Below, piece after piece: positions 11,116 to 23,676 of a stretch of DNA of 64,000 nucleotides. Each line of letters opens with the position of its first letter. Within the stretch, counting starts at the first letter, position 1. The translations under genes were made by a program, and so were the position numbers. Under the pieces are notes generated by a model. It made no database searches, had not been told where the DNA came from, and saw only the letters and a list, made by a program, of their open reading frames with translations. Source of the stretch: Tilletiaria anomala UBC 951 (taxonomy: Eukaryota); the NCBI RefSeq assembly GCF_000711695.1, contig NW_013547012.1:186001-250000 (forward strand). The letters run 5' to 3'.

Positions 11116-12167
11116 CGGTGTCGGTAGAAAGGAGGAGACAAATCCAATACCGGGGCCCAAGGTGTTGCCGCAGCTCGTACTCGCCATGAATATCGAGTGG
11201 GACTGGCTGTATGTACAGTGCAGCCAGCCAGCAGATGTTTCGCCAAAATTCCTTGCTGAGGGCTTTGCAAAGCGCTGGGTGAAGTGGGAGTAGGCGTGGC
11301 CCTGCACAGTGCAATGCTGCAAACGTGGTTGGCTGCACTTCTATGGACGACCCAATGCTCAAAAAGTGTCAATCAATGCATGCCCTGCGGGCTTGCGCCC
11401 TTTTGTCCAGCGTATATGGGTACCTACTCGTATGTATATAAAAGTACCGCAGCGCGCATACAGAGTTGAGCAAGTCTGCAGCAAAGCTCTTTTGCCCAAT
11501 TCCCTCTAGCTTTTTCTCTCCCACCAAGTCTCAGCTCTGCTCTCTCATTGCGCGCTTGTTGTTGCGTTTGGGCTTGGAGTGCGGGGATATGTATGTACGG
11601 GTGTTGTTGAGTGCACGCACGCGAGCGAGCACGAGCGCGAGTCGCGAAACGGGCACGTGACCTGTTCTTATGAGAAGTTTGAGGTTGTATGTAGGGTTGC
11701 TGCAAGCAGAGTGGAGCCGTGGCTGGCCGGTGCGGGCTAGAAAAGCGGAACTAGACTGTGCCCGGCAGGGCAGAGAGTCGGGTCAAGACGGTCGTTGTGC
11801 GTCATCACCGGCCACTGGCGTGGAGCGTGTGCGGTTGGCAGTGGGCACTGCAGACCAGAGACCGAGTGGCTGGCCTGCTGTAACGGAGAAACGCGCTCTC
11901 TCGCCCGCCGCTCAGCAGCGTTGCAAGCGGAAGAGATGGGTAGATGGGCGAAACACGGAACTAAAAGGGAGACGGCGAAACATCCATCCGACACACTGAC
12001 CACTTCTTTCTTTCCTCTGTTTGCTTGCTTTCCAAACCAGCAAGGATAATACTCCATCAACACACCCTCGACCATCATCACTGCTGCTGCTGCATCCATC
12101 TATCCCAAGGGAGCCCAAGAGCAGGCAAACTGCAGCCTCCCATCCTCCCCATTGCCGAGTCGCCGCC

Positions 12168-15100
12168 ATGCTGAGGAGCTACTCGCGCTCGGCCCGGCCC
12201 CAGCGTCTCCTCGCCTCGGCGCCACGGAGAGCGCTCGCCATCGCCGCCGTTCAATCTTCACTCGCATCAAGAGGAAATGCTTCCGCAACACCATTATTAT
12301 CATTATCGTCATCATCGTCATCATCATCACCATCATCGTCATCATGGGCTTCATCGCCTAATGCACCCCTGCTGCGCGCACTGCACGCGTCGGCAGCACG
12401 CTCACAAGCTTCGTCGGCACCCCAAAAAGTCTCGCCACCGTCGGGAAACGACAAGTTCCTCGAGACAAACAACGCTTACTATGTCGAGGAGATGCACCGC
12501 CTGTGGCAGCAGGACCCTTCCAGCGTGCACGCCAGCTGGGATGTCTACTTTTCGGGTATCAAGAACGGCTTGCCAAGTCAGCACGCGTTCAGGCCGCCGC
12601 CGACGCTTATGCTGCTCCCCATGGAGGCACCCCCCGTCGACCTGTCCGGCGTCGCTTCTTCCAACTCGAACGTCGACGATCTCTTGAAGGTGAGTTGGAG
12701 TCGGCCTTCGGACCATGCCTTTGCGGCAACACCTTCACCGCCCATGCATGCAGCCTTCCAAGTTCCGTGTACATGCGCTACTCCCCTGACTGCCCTCGCA
12801 GGCAAGCCATCTAGCAATTTCTTTGTAGAGCACCGTCGGGCTGACACGTGCACTTCACTGTCTTATTTGCAGCTTCAACTCCTTGTGCGTGCATACCAGG
12901 TTCGCGGCCACCGCATCGCCAACCTCGACCCTCTCGGCATCACTAACGCCCCCTACGTACCAGAGGAGCTGACCATCGAGCACTATGGCTGGAGCGAGTC
13001 TGATCTCAACCGAAAATTGCGCCTTGGTCCCGGTCTACTGCCCAACTTCCAGCAGGCCGGAATCAAGGAGATGACTATCGGCGAGGTCGTTGACACGTGC
13101 AAGAAGATGTACTGCGGCCACGTCGGTATCCAGTACGTACACATCCCCGATCGCTCGCAGTGCGACTGGTTGCGCGAGCGCATCGAGACGCCCGTGCCGT
13201 ACAAGTACACGACCGAGCAGAAGAGAAGCATCCTCGACCGCCTCATCTGGTCCGACTCGTTCGAGCGCTTCATTGCCAGCAAGTACCCTAATGAGAAGCG
13301 CTTCGGCCTCGAAGGCGGCGAGAGCTTGATCCCCGGTGTCAAGGCGCTGATCGACCGGATCGTCGACAATGGCGCATCTAGCATCACCATTGGCATGCCC
13401 CATCGCGGACGTCTCAATGTTCTTGCCAACGTCATCCGGAGGCCGATCGAGGGTATCCTCAACCAATTCATGGGTAAGGACGACGGCTCAGAGGGCGGTG
13501 GAGACGTCAAGTACCACCTGGGTGCCAACTACGTGCGCCCCACACCTTCCGGCAAGAAGGTCGCGTTGTCGCTTGTTGCCAATCCGTCCCATCTTGAGGC
13601 GGAGGACCCGGTGGTGCTTGGCAAGACGCGTGCGCTGCAGGACTTTGCGGGCGACAAGGACCACGTCACATCCGTCGCGCTGCTGATGCACGGTGACGCC
13701 GCGTTCGCGGGTCAGGGCGTCGTGTACGAGACGATGGGCATGTACAAACTGCCCAATTACGCGACCGGGGGCACGATCCACATTGTCGTCAACAACCAGA
13801 TCGGCTTCACCACCGACCCGCGCTTCTCGCGCTCGACGCCGTACCCCTCGGACATTGCCAAGTCGATCGACGCGCCCATCTTCCACGTCAACGCCGACGA
13901 CCCCGAGGCGGTCACGTGGGTGTGTCAGCTGGCCGCCGACTGGCGCAACCAATTCAAGAAGGACGTCGTGATCGACCTCGTCTGCTACCGCCGCCACGGG
14001 CACAACGAGACGGACCAGCCGGCGTTCACGCAGCCGCGGATGTACAAGGCCATCGCCAAGAAGGAGACGGCGGTGACACAGTACGGTCGTAAGCTCGTCG
14101 AAGAGGGTACATTTACGCAGAAGGATATCGATGAGCACCAGAGGTGGGTGTGGAGCCTGCTCGAGGAGGCCGCCGAGAAGAGCAAGGACTACAGCCCCGG
14201 CGAGCGCGAGTGGCTCTCCTCCGCCTGGGACGGCTTCCCGTCGCCCAAGGAGCTCAAGGAGATGATCATCGACCACAAGGAGACGGGCGTTGAGGTCGGC
14301 ACGCTCAAGCACATCGGCGAGACCATCTCGAGCTACCCCAAGGGCTTCAGCGTGCACCGCAACCTCGCCCGGATCCTCAAGACCAGGGGCTCCACCGTCG
14401 ACACGGGCGAGGGCATCGACATGAGCACCGGCGAGGCGCTTGCGTTCGGCTCGCTTGCCATGGAGGGCTACTACGTCCGCGTGTCCGGACAGGACGTCGA
14501 GCGCGGCACCTTCTCGCAGCGCCACGCCGTCCTGCATGACCAGGAGAACGAGACGACCTACACGCCGCTGCAGCACCTCAGCAAGGACCAGGCACCGTTC
14601 GTCGTGTGCAACTCGTCGCTCTCCGAGTTTGGCTGCCTCGGCTTCGAGCTTGGCTTCTCGCTCGTCGACCCCAAGAACCTGACCGTGTGGGAGGCTCAGT
14701 TCGGCGACTTTGCCAACAATGCGCAATGCATCATCGACCAGTTCATCGCGTCCGGCGAGCGGAAATGGCTGCAGCGCACCGGCCTCGTTGTCAACCTGCC
14801 GCACGGCTACGACGGCCAGGGCCCCGAGCACTCGTCGGCGCGCATCGAGCGTTTCCTACAGCTCTGCGACGACCACCCGTTCGTGTTCCCGTCGGAGGAG
14901 AAGATGAACAGGCAGCACCAGGACTGCAACATGGCCGTCATTTACTGCACCACTCCCGCCAACGTCTTCCACGCGCTCAGGAGGCAGGTCCACCGCGACT
15001 TCCGCAAGCCTTTGATCAGCTTCTTCAGCAAGAGCCTCCTGCGGCACCCTGAGGCCCGGAGCAAGCTCCAGGACTTCCTCCCCGGCTCGGGCGGCTTCCA

Positions 15101-15684
15101 GAAGTACATCCCCGAAGCGCACGCTGAGGAGGGCAAGGACGAGTTGTTGCCCGCCGACCAGATCAAGAGGCACATTATCTGCTCGGGCCAGGTCTACTTT
15201 GCGCTTCTCAACTACAGGCGCGAGAAAGGCATCAAGGACGTCGCCATCTCCCGTCTCGAGCAGATCAGCCCCTTCCCGTACGACCTTATCACTCCGCATC
15301 TCGACAAGTACCGCAATGCCGACCTCATGTGGGCCCAGGAGGAGCCACTCAACAACGGCCCATGGGCCTATGTTCAGGTGAGTTGCAAGGAACTGAGCAA
15401 TGAGGTGCTCAATGCCAGCGCTCGTCCCTTCCCGCATCTTCCACACTTTGCAACATGACTTATTGACCTGCATCTTGCCCGCGTCTTGGCAGCCACGTCT
15501 CCGCACCGCATGCCGCCACACTGAGCACCACAAGCAGCGTCTGACCGTCGTTGCAAGCAGGCCGCCATCGAGCTCGGTCGCGACGGGTAACAAGAAGGCG
15601 CACCAACAGGAGGTGGAGAACCTGCTGCGCGACTCGTTTGACCTCAGCCTCAAGGCGTCCAGTGCCGATGAGCTGCAAGTGTAA
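12168..15684 (+). CDS. KGD1: 2-oxoglutarate dehydrogenase E1, mitochondrial; introns 12690-12872 and 15378-15492
   Basis: Arg/Ser-rich presequence, [40 protein letters not shown], ThDP motif [39 protein letters not shown]. Confidence 0.97.
12295..12345 (+). repeat. Imperfect (TCA/TCG)n trinucleotide tract encoding poly-Ser in the KGD1 presequence
   Basis: ttatcattatcgtcatcatcgtcatcatcatcaccatcatcgtcatca. Confidence 0.8.
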
Positions 15685-16143
15685 CAAGGTACATAGCAAT
15701 CGCGTGGGCAAAGGAGATACGCAGGCGGCCCTTGCGGTGCCGCAGAGCTGCTTGCCGACCTCCATGACTATATGTCCGTAGATGGGACGGAAAAGAGCCA
15801 GATGGTGGAAGATCCGTTTCCTCCTTTTGTATTCAATTTGCAAATACAAGATTCAGTCCGAAGATAATGGAATGCGGCGCAAAATCATTTGTTTTGGTTT
15901 CAGAGGCACCATGCATCGGCTGAAACATGAGCTCGGCCACCTTCATCACCATTGCCACATCGGGCGGTGTCGGTTGATGATCATGCGGAACGCTTTACGA
16001 TGATCGTACATGTGATGAACCGCGACGGCGTGACGCCTCAAGGACCCATATTTAAAAGTATTGCTTTGCTATTGATGAACTTCACGAATATGCCCGGGAA
16101 AAGTGATCAAATGTGAGGAAACGCGTGAAGTGTCCTTGAGCGA

Positions 16144-16680
16144 TCAGCGGCTGTCCAATTTGTAGAAGCCCTACGACTCGGTGATGTAGCTTGGGCCGTT
16201 CTACCCGCCGTAGTTGTCGAAAGAGTCGTCGCCAAGGCACTTGGAGACGAGTGCGCACGTGAGCTCGCCCAGCTGGTACTTTTGCTGGGCGGGCGGAAGG
16301 AGGCAGGTCTCTAGGTATCTCGCCAGCTGGGTGTTGATCCTGGTACACGTTGGCGAAGACGCAGCCCTCCGTGTCGTCGCAGGCTTGCATGCATTGGTCG
16401 AAACTCGAAACGAGCTAGTGCGCATGGGTGCATACGTGCACATAGCTTCAGCACTCTTTACGGACACTGTAACTGGTGTACAGGTAGTGATATCTCATCG
16501 TATAGACCAGGTACGAAGGGTGAGAAGCGATGGCGCCTACGGTTTCACCCTGGTAGACGCCGAGTTGGCGACCATCTGGAAGTTTGCCTGCGTCTGCAGG
16601 AATCCATCCTGGCTGACGGGTGCAGTAGTAGCAGCTGCTGCCAGCGTGGTGAATGCGGCAAGCGTATTGAGCTGCATCAT
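16144..16680 (-). pseudogene. Pseudogene of a small secreted Cys-rich protein
   Basis: Signal-peptide-like MMQLNTLAAFTTLAAAATTAP, then a frameshift to GVYQGETVGAIASHPSYLVYT and on to CMQACDDTEGCVFANVYQD. A second frameshift (cgcc duplication) leads to QQKYQLGELTCALVSKCLGDDSFDNYGG*NGPSYITES*GFYK, with in-frame TAGs at 16201-16203 and 16171-16173. Confidence 0.75.
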
Positions 16681-18456
16681 CGCCAGGGAGACTCGAGTTT
16701 CTTTTGGTCTTGCGTACGAACAAAAAGCAGCACGGTTGCCAATGGTCACGGTCAAGAATGCAGCATCAAAAATTCAACAGTTGATGGTCTATGGAAGGGT
16801 AATGAGGCCCGAGTTCCGCATGGGTGCATGCTTGCGAGGCATGCGGCCCTTACCCATTCCTTGCCCTGTCCCTCGGAGACCACGAATGAACGAATCAGCA
16901 GCAGTCAGCGCATCAGCGAACGGGATCGCCGCGCAGACAAAAGCATATAAAATGGGGAGAGGCTTCAGAGTCTCCGCCTCAGGGTCGCTCTTCCTGGCTG
17001 TCTTCCTACCGTCTCGTTCTTTGATCTGTACCTCGAAGTATTCGTTTGCAAAAAGCAAAGTCGAACGAAATTCGAACAGGTTCTCGAACTCTAGGAAGAG
17101 TGCAGCAGGTGAGACCTGGCGGAACTCTTTTTTTCCTGGTGCACGGAAGCGGTGGCCAGAGAAGCCAGGGTCGCCTTGGACATGGGCACTGGAGAGGGAG
17201 AGAGGTGTTTGTTGTGCCATGTGCGATGTAAACAAGCCGAAGCGCGATGAAGCGATAACGTCTGCTGGAGTTCACGACTGTCTCGGACAATGTGCCTGTC
17301 CCAAAGATTCGCCTCTGCTTCAGCAGGCTTCGACCAGCAGCGCTCAGCGGTTAGATCTCCGAGATCAGTTCGAGACCCTGTCGAGATATATATGCGAAAC
17401 TGGGAGGTGCAGGGGAGCCATGCTCACGCGCTGCAAGGGATCGAGGTGCGTGCGGCCCGTGCGCCGACAGCTCCAACCTGCATAGGGCTCGCATACCCAG
17501 CTGCATTCTCTTGAGAACATCTGCCAGGTATTAAGCCCTGCAGACCCGACATAAGGCCTTGTTCTCCGTGCTGGTGGATGAGGTGATGTGAGGAGTACCA
17601 CGTTCTCTCTCCTCAGGCCAAGCGGAGTTCACGCATTTTCTATGCGCCCTGCCCTGGTGCTTGATCTCACAGTGGGGAACATGGATGCACTGCGGGCACA
17701 TGAGCCCACAGTCATACGTGCGTCTCTCTCTGTTTGGCTGGTCCTTCCAGACATTGAATTGAATGCTGCCAAAAACAGCCCTTTCATCTCCAAATGCTTC
17801 AAGGTCCAGTCCATCCGTATGCAACGCAGCATGTCCTTTTGGACATTGTTTTAACGTTCAGCGCGAAGCGCGTTCGCCACTTAGTGGTTCAGCATTCCGC
17901 GTCCACGCTTCATGCTTCGTGCTTCAAGCGTGGTGCCTGATGCTGACATTCGTGATGAATAGAGTGAGGGACACCTCAACGGCCACATTTGCCTCATTCT
18001 TTGTTTTCTTGCCCTTGGAAACGAATGCGCGACTCGCCTCTTGAATCTTGGTCTCTTCTTTTTACTATAATCTGACAACAAGTAAATTGGGCGCGCTGCC
18101 GCCTCTGCCATCTCACGGCCACCAATGACTCCCGACCGAAAGCATCGCCGCCAGGAAACAGACTCTGTCTCAAGTTAGGCAGCGTTGACTTCTTCATAGG
18201 TATGGAATGCGATGGAGCAATCGGCAGGGGCAGGATGTGAATTGTGAGCATAGTACATATACATGTGAAATACAATTGACTGCACAAAACAACGCAAAGG
18301 TGTACGGAGACGCGATATATGCATAGTGCGGACAAAGAACTGCAAGCGATCCGAGTTTTTTTTTGCTTGAGAATTAACAGAGCCTGAACGAAGGCGGTGG
18401 GTGGGTGCAACGAGCAGAGGGTGAGGGTCGATCCATTGGAAAGCGCATGAACCCTT

Positions 18457-21400
18457 TCAAGCGACGAATTCTGAGGTTTCTTCCGCCTGGGGAGTTCGGA
18501 CATTTGGATCTGATGTAGGGGTCGATGGACTCGATGCAGAGCCTGCTGCACTGTCTGCCATCTTTGCCTGCAGGTCGGAAATCTCTTGCTGCTGTCGAGA
18601 AAGCGTGTCTGTCATTACATGTGCATTCTTGACGACTAGCGTCAGTTGTTCTTCGAGCTGATGCATCGTCAGCAGCTGCTGCGCCGCCTGAATGGAAGTC
18701 GGGTCGCCGATCGACTCGGCCACGAGGACACATTCATGCAGTTGTTCTCTGCTGTATTGCACGCGCCTCTCCGGCACAAAGTCATGCCAATTTGGAAGCT
18801 TGGACAGTGCTGCTTGCAGCGAATGGCGCTGTTCCAGCATGAAACGAGAAGCATGTTCATGCAAAGCCATGCCAGCGCGAGCGAGCCCGAGAGCCAGACC
18901 TTCCAGCTCATGGTCGGGTACATTCTCGTGGCCGGCATGAAGTCGCTGTTCAGCCAAATGTTCGTCTAGCCTTTGATGCAAAGCAGGGGCGGAGTGCTGT
19001 GCTGATATCAAGGTGTTGCGACTTTCTAAAGCTTTAGGCGACTTTTCGATATCGGCCGAGGCATGCGCAGTGGTCGAGGTCGTTGGAGTCATCGGCGCGC
19101 GCCCTGAACCTGTCATGGGGGAGTGTTGCCTGGACATTGCAAGCTTATGCAGCCTCTGCCGTTGGCGGCTTTTTGTCACTGCTTGCCGCTTCGAACCCTT
19201 CATGATGGTTTTGTGATACATTGACCCCCAGGCGTCTCCAATGATTGCGAATACGACGGTCAGGATACCGATGCCGAAGAGCATCCAGATGATGAAGAAG
19301 GCTCTGCGGAAGGGAGCATTTGAAAATTTAGACGGTTCAGCAAGCACATCCGATGGAGTTGGAATTTTATTTAATCAGCCGGAAGGTACGTATGGCAACA
19401 CCCGCTTGTATGCGGACCTGCACTCACCTCCCAGGCGGTGAGCGCGCAGTAAAATCGCCATAGCCGATTGTCATCATCGTCACCCAGCAGAAGTAAAACG
19501 CAGTGAAATAGTCAAAGCCTTCAGTGAACATAAAGACGAGAGCTCCAATGGTCCAGAACAAGAAGAACAGCGAAGCAGCTACAGAGAGCTTCGCATAGAA
19601 CTGTCATGTGCAAAGCGCACGAGTTAAATTCAGACGGTCTAAGTCGAGGTCCAGTATAGAAGCAGGCCTCACCTCGGTGCGCTCTGTCTCGATAATCTTT
19701 GCCTTGTAAGCTTTCCAATTTGCTTCAAGCTCTTCGCGCTGCTTCTTCAGCTCCTTTTCCATCTCGTCAAGCTCTGCTTCAGCAAAACCATCGTGCGAAT
19801 GCATTTCTTTGTCCTCTTCTCGCGCTGGTTCTGTGTCCCCAGCCTTATCCTCTTCGTTGGAGTCCACGCCATCTACGGATGTGTCTACCTCGGCAAGGGG
19901 AGTATTTTCGGTCGCGACTAGCGTCATGGACTGTGTCGAGTTGGCAAAAGCTCTTGGTGCTTGCTCGGCTTCGGTGTGTAGCACCTGAAAGTTTACTTGT
20001 GCTTCCGTTGTCCCCTCTGCCGCCTTGTCCGCGCTGGGGCCTTCGGCCGATGCCTTCTTCGCTGATGACGACGACGAGGTGCCTCTTACATCTTTCTCGT
20101 CGGCCGAGCTTGATTTAGAAGGCGTAGTAGCTTTTGTCGACTTGTGAGCCTCGTGGCCAGGCCTCGGATCAGATCTTTCCGAGGTATGTGTCTGTTTGTC
20201 AACTGTCTGATACTGTTTGTCCTGCTCTTCGACGAATCTCCTGGTGAAGAAAGGCGAAGACAGTAGGGTCATGGTTTTCTTTCGTAGCGACGCTGGGCTC
20301 CCTCTGAATGAAAATCCTGGCGTTACTCGGCTTTTCCCAGTGCTATCCTGATTCTCTCCGCCGCCTATGCCCCCCGAACTCGAGATAGGCTTGGCGCCTC
20401 GTCCTCGATATAACCAGCGTAATGTCTTGTTCTGCCGTCTATTGTCTTTGCGTGCTCGTTGCTTGTCTTCGTATCGTCTCCGGAACTCTGTTCTGCGTTT
20501 CTTGTACGTCTTCTCAAAGGACTCCAGAATGGTTTGCCGCGCAGTGGCGATGACGAGTGCGACAAGTACGATCCCGACAGGGGCATAGAAAAAGAGGATG
20601 ATCTTTGAGGCCAGGGTTGCGGGCAACATATCACCAAAGCCAACACTAGTGATCGTGCACAAGACGAAGTAAAGAGAATTCTCGAAGCGGTCTCCGAGAA
20701 TGAGCGCGTAAAGCAGGCTGCCGAGTGAGAGGTAGACCAGGAAGACCATCGCCATGATCACCTGTCCGGAAGAGATGGTGGTGCGCAGTGCGCACGAGAA
20801 AAAGTCAGATCGCAAATGGAAGGCAAGGAATCGACCGAACAGACCCACAAGTTCTTTCTGCTTTTGCGTCAGGCCAGATCCCGCATTGCCGAAGTTCTTC
20901 GTTGAGATGAAATCGATGATCAGGGTGACATTCACCATGATGGAGGCCACAGTCGAGCCAAGTGTCATATAAAAGCTCTCGCTATAGGTGAAGCCTTCCG
21001 AGTGATAAGAGTCGAGAGATCACATCAATCGAAGACCCATAACAGAATCCGCCAGAATACTCTTCGGCGTCGAGCGAGACGTTACGATCGAACCACTCAC
21101 CATCGCCAACAGCATGAATGACGCCGAAGATCGAGAGCGCCATGACATTAATGATATCGTGAAATGTGAGAAAGATAACCGCGACAACCGTCGAAAATCG
21201 AGGTCGCAAAAGCTCGAGAAAGCGCAGGATGATGAAGATGTTTGCAATGATGGCAGATCCCATGCTAATCGCCAGCCCGACATCAAGAAGCGCCGGGTTG
21301 TCTTGATACACTACGCTTATGCCAGGTGTGGGCGTGCGGACGTACCATTTCGACGTGAGGCCAGGCACCCTGAGCGCAACCAGGAAGTCAAACGTTAGTA

Positions 21401-22658
21401 CGGTGTCAACTAAGGCGCATATAGCCTGCGGAAAAACTCACTCAAGCATGATCGCAAATGGGGCCATGACTCCAGAAAAGATGGGCGTCTTTCGGTATAT
21501 TCTGAGCGCGAACTCTTCTATTTCCTCCAATCTTCCTTCGGCAGTTACGGCGCGGCCTTCTTCACCGCCCGGCCCGTGCTCGCTGCCTTTCTCGCCGATG
21601 GTGCTGGTAGCACCCACAGCAGCAATCTTTGCTGCATGGGCGACCTGCCTCTCATCCTCCTCGTGCAAACGCCTGCGCCTCTCCCGGAGTCGCTCGAGGA
21701 ATCCAATATGAAGGTGGAACTTCCCAGTTCCGACACCTGCACCGTCTTCGTCCATGGTCGATTCGCCGTCCGTGTCTGTGGAAAACGGGCTAACCGGGTC
21801 GGCATGACTAGGCCAAGCGGATAGCGTGCCCCTGCCACTGCCACGCGGCCGGTAGCGTGAAGAGGATGAAATGCCTGCTGACGAAAGGTTGGCATGGAGG
21901 GTTCGTGCGTTGTACGGTGTGTGCAGCGCGTCATCGTCATCACGGCCATTGTACGCGCGTGCATGATCATCATGGTGACTATGGCCCATGGAACCGCGCA
22001 ACCGACTGGGAGTAGGTTTGGCATCCTTGAAACTGATCGTACGTGTTATTGACAGAGGATTCGAGCACTGAGCTTCTCCAAATGCAGTCGAACGTTGACT
22101 GGATGGGTGGAATGCAAAGTCTCTCGTCTTAAGCTTCGGTAGCTGGAAGTTGGACGAGCGCCGACGGGCACCAAGTGTAGGCGGTGAGCTTGGAGCCTCT
22201 GCTGCAGGAGGAGACAACGATGTCACCATGAGCGTAGGGGCGGAGGGGCGAACATCAGCGTCTCGGCGTTCGCTCGAGCTGGACCGTACATCCAGCTTGG
22301 ATGTTGGTCGGGAGCTAGAGGACGCGTGCTCTAGCCCATGGTCCTGGTCTGAATCCAGAGTGGATCGACGCCTACGATCTTCATGGTGTTGCTCTCCCCT
22401 CCTCGTGCCAGCTTGCAAAGTTGTTCGCCCGGCGGGGATCGATGACGTAGAATTAGCAGCCGATAAGGATGACGAAGATACCGCTCCCAGCCGTTTCTCG
22501 CGGGCTAATCGTTCCCTAAATGCGCTAATCTGCTGCAACTTCTGTTCGAGGTCTGCATCGACCGGCTTCTGATTCCAAGCAGCACGGTCCTTCCGGAGCT
22601 CCTCCTCGTCGCTACCGGAGCTGTTCCGCGGTGCAAAAAATGTTCCGGGGAGGACCAT
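18457..22658 (-). CDS. TOK1: TOK-family two-pore outward-rectifying potassium channel, multi-exon
   Basis: Two pore loops (LYFVLCTITSVGFGD and FYFCWVTMMTIGYGDF) after four extra N-terminal TM segments (PIFSGVMAPFAIMLE|..PGLTSKWYVR), and GSGLTQKQKELV. This is the 8TM/2P architecture of fungal TOK channels. Confidence 0.9.
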
Positions 22659-23676
22659 GTTGACGAGGGCAGGATGTATGGAAGTCACCAAGTGCTGCCG
22701 GCTGTGATGCTGCGCGTAGGGTCTCGACTATGAAGCGATCAAAGCAATTGTTGCTCAGGGAAGAGCGGCGCACTCGTTTGGTCGCTTCGGGATTGGTACC
22801 AGGGGGACATAGCATACAACTCAGGAGTGCTTGACGTTCACCTAGGGCGTCAATGTCATAAAATCCGCTTGGCCAAGGCGTGGCATCTCCAATTTCATCA
22901 ATAACCCCCATCACTTCAGGCCAATGGGAGGCACTCACTTATCACATAGATCTGGATGCAGTTCAAAGATCGTAAAGCGGAGTGTGATGCGGAAAGAACC
23001 CAAATGAGATAAATGGTAGATGTATGCCTGCCTTGCTGCCGCTAATTGCGCCCCCTCCTCAAGTGGCGCGGCTCGAGGGGCCTGCTCTGTGCCAAAATGT
23101 AAGTAGTGTGCACTCCGCATTCTTAAACACCGTGGTGGAATGTGGCTCCCCGGAACGCAGTGGCCCAAATTTGTAATTTCGCAGGCACACACACAAGGGG
23201 CTTATTGGCGCTTGCCACCGTTTCACCAGCCAGCTAGCACGCTGCATGCCTTCGTTCTATGCTAAAATCTATACCCTACATCTTTTCTAGTCCAGCATCG
23301 GCGAGTTTACGAAAGATGCCGTTGCGATATTCTCATATTTACAAAGAGTCACACGGCTGACAATGGAAATTGCGAAGCGCCACCTGAGAGCAACCGCGTC
23401 ATCTGCGCAGGAGGTATCGGTGGAAGGCCCCGTCCAGATGCGAGTCATACTTTAATGTAACACTCTTCAGAGTGGCTTCTTGCATTCATAAGACCAGTGC
23501 ATGGACGCCACGCTCTACTCAGTCTTGTAAAGTATGCTCAACACGACGATTAGTTCGAAGGGACTTTGTGCTACCGTTCACAAACATGCTGACCTGTGTT
23601 CGGCAGTTACTGCGTGTGGAAGTAAAGTCTCTTCCGTAGGGGTACCGAGAGAGGCATTGCGTTGTATGTACTCCGA

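Noticed and set aside
16171..16203. TAG stops rescued by A-to-I editing
   Set aside because: Frameshifts in the same gene indicate ordinary decay, and editing would not repair them.
16214..17485. 423-aa plus-strand ORF
   Set aside because: Non-ATG start, no domain features, and it overlaps the better-supported minus-strand secreted-protein pseudogene.
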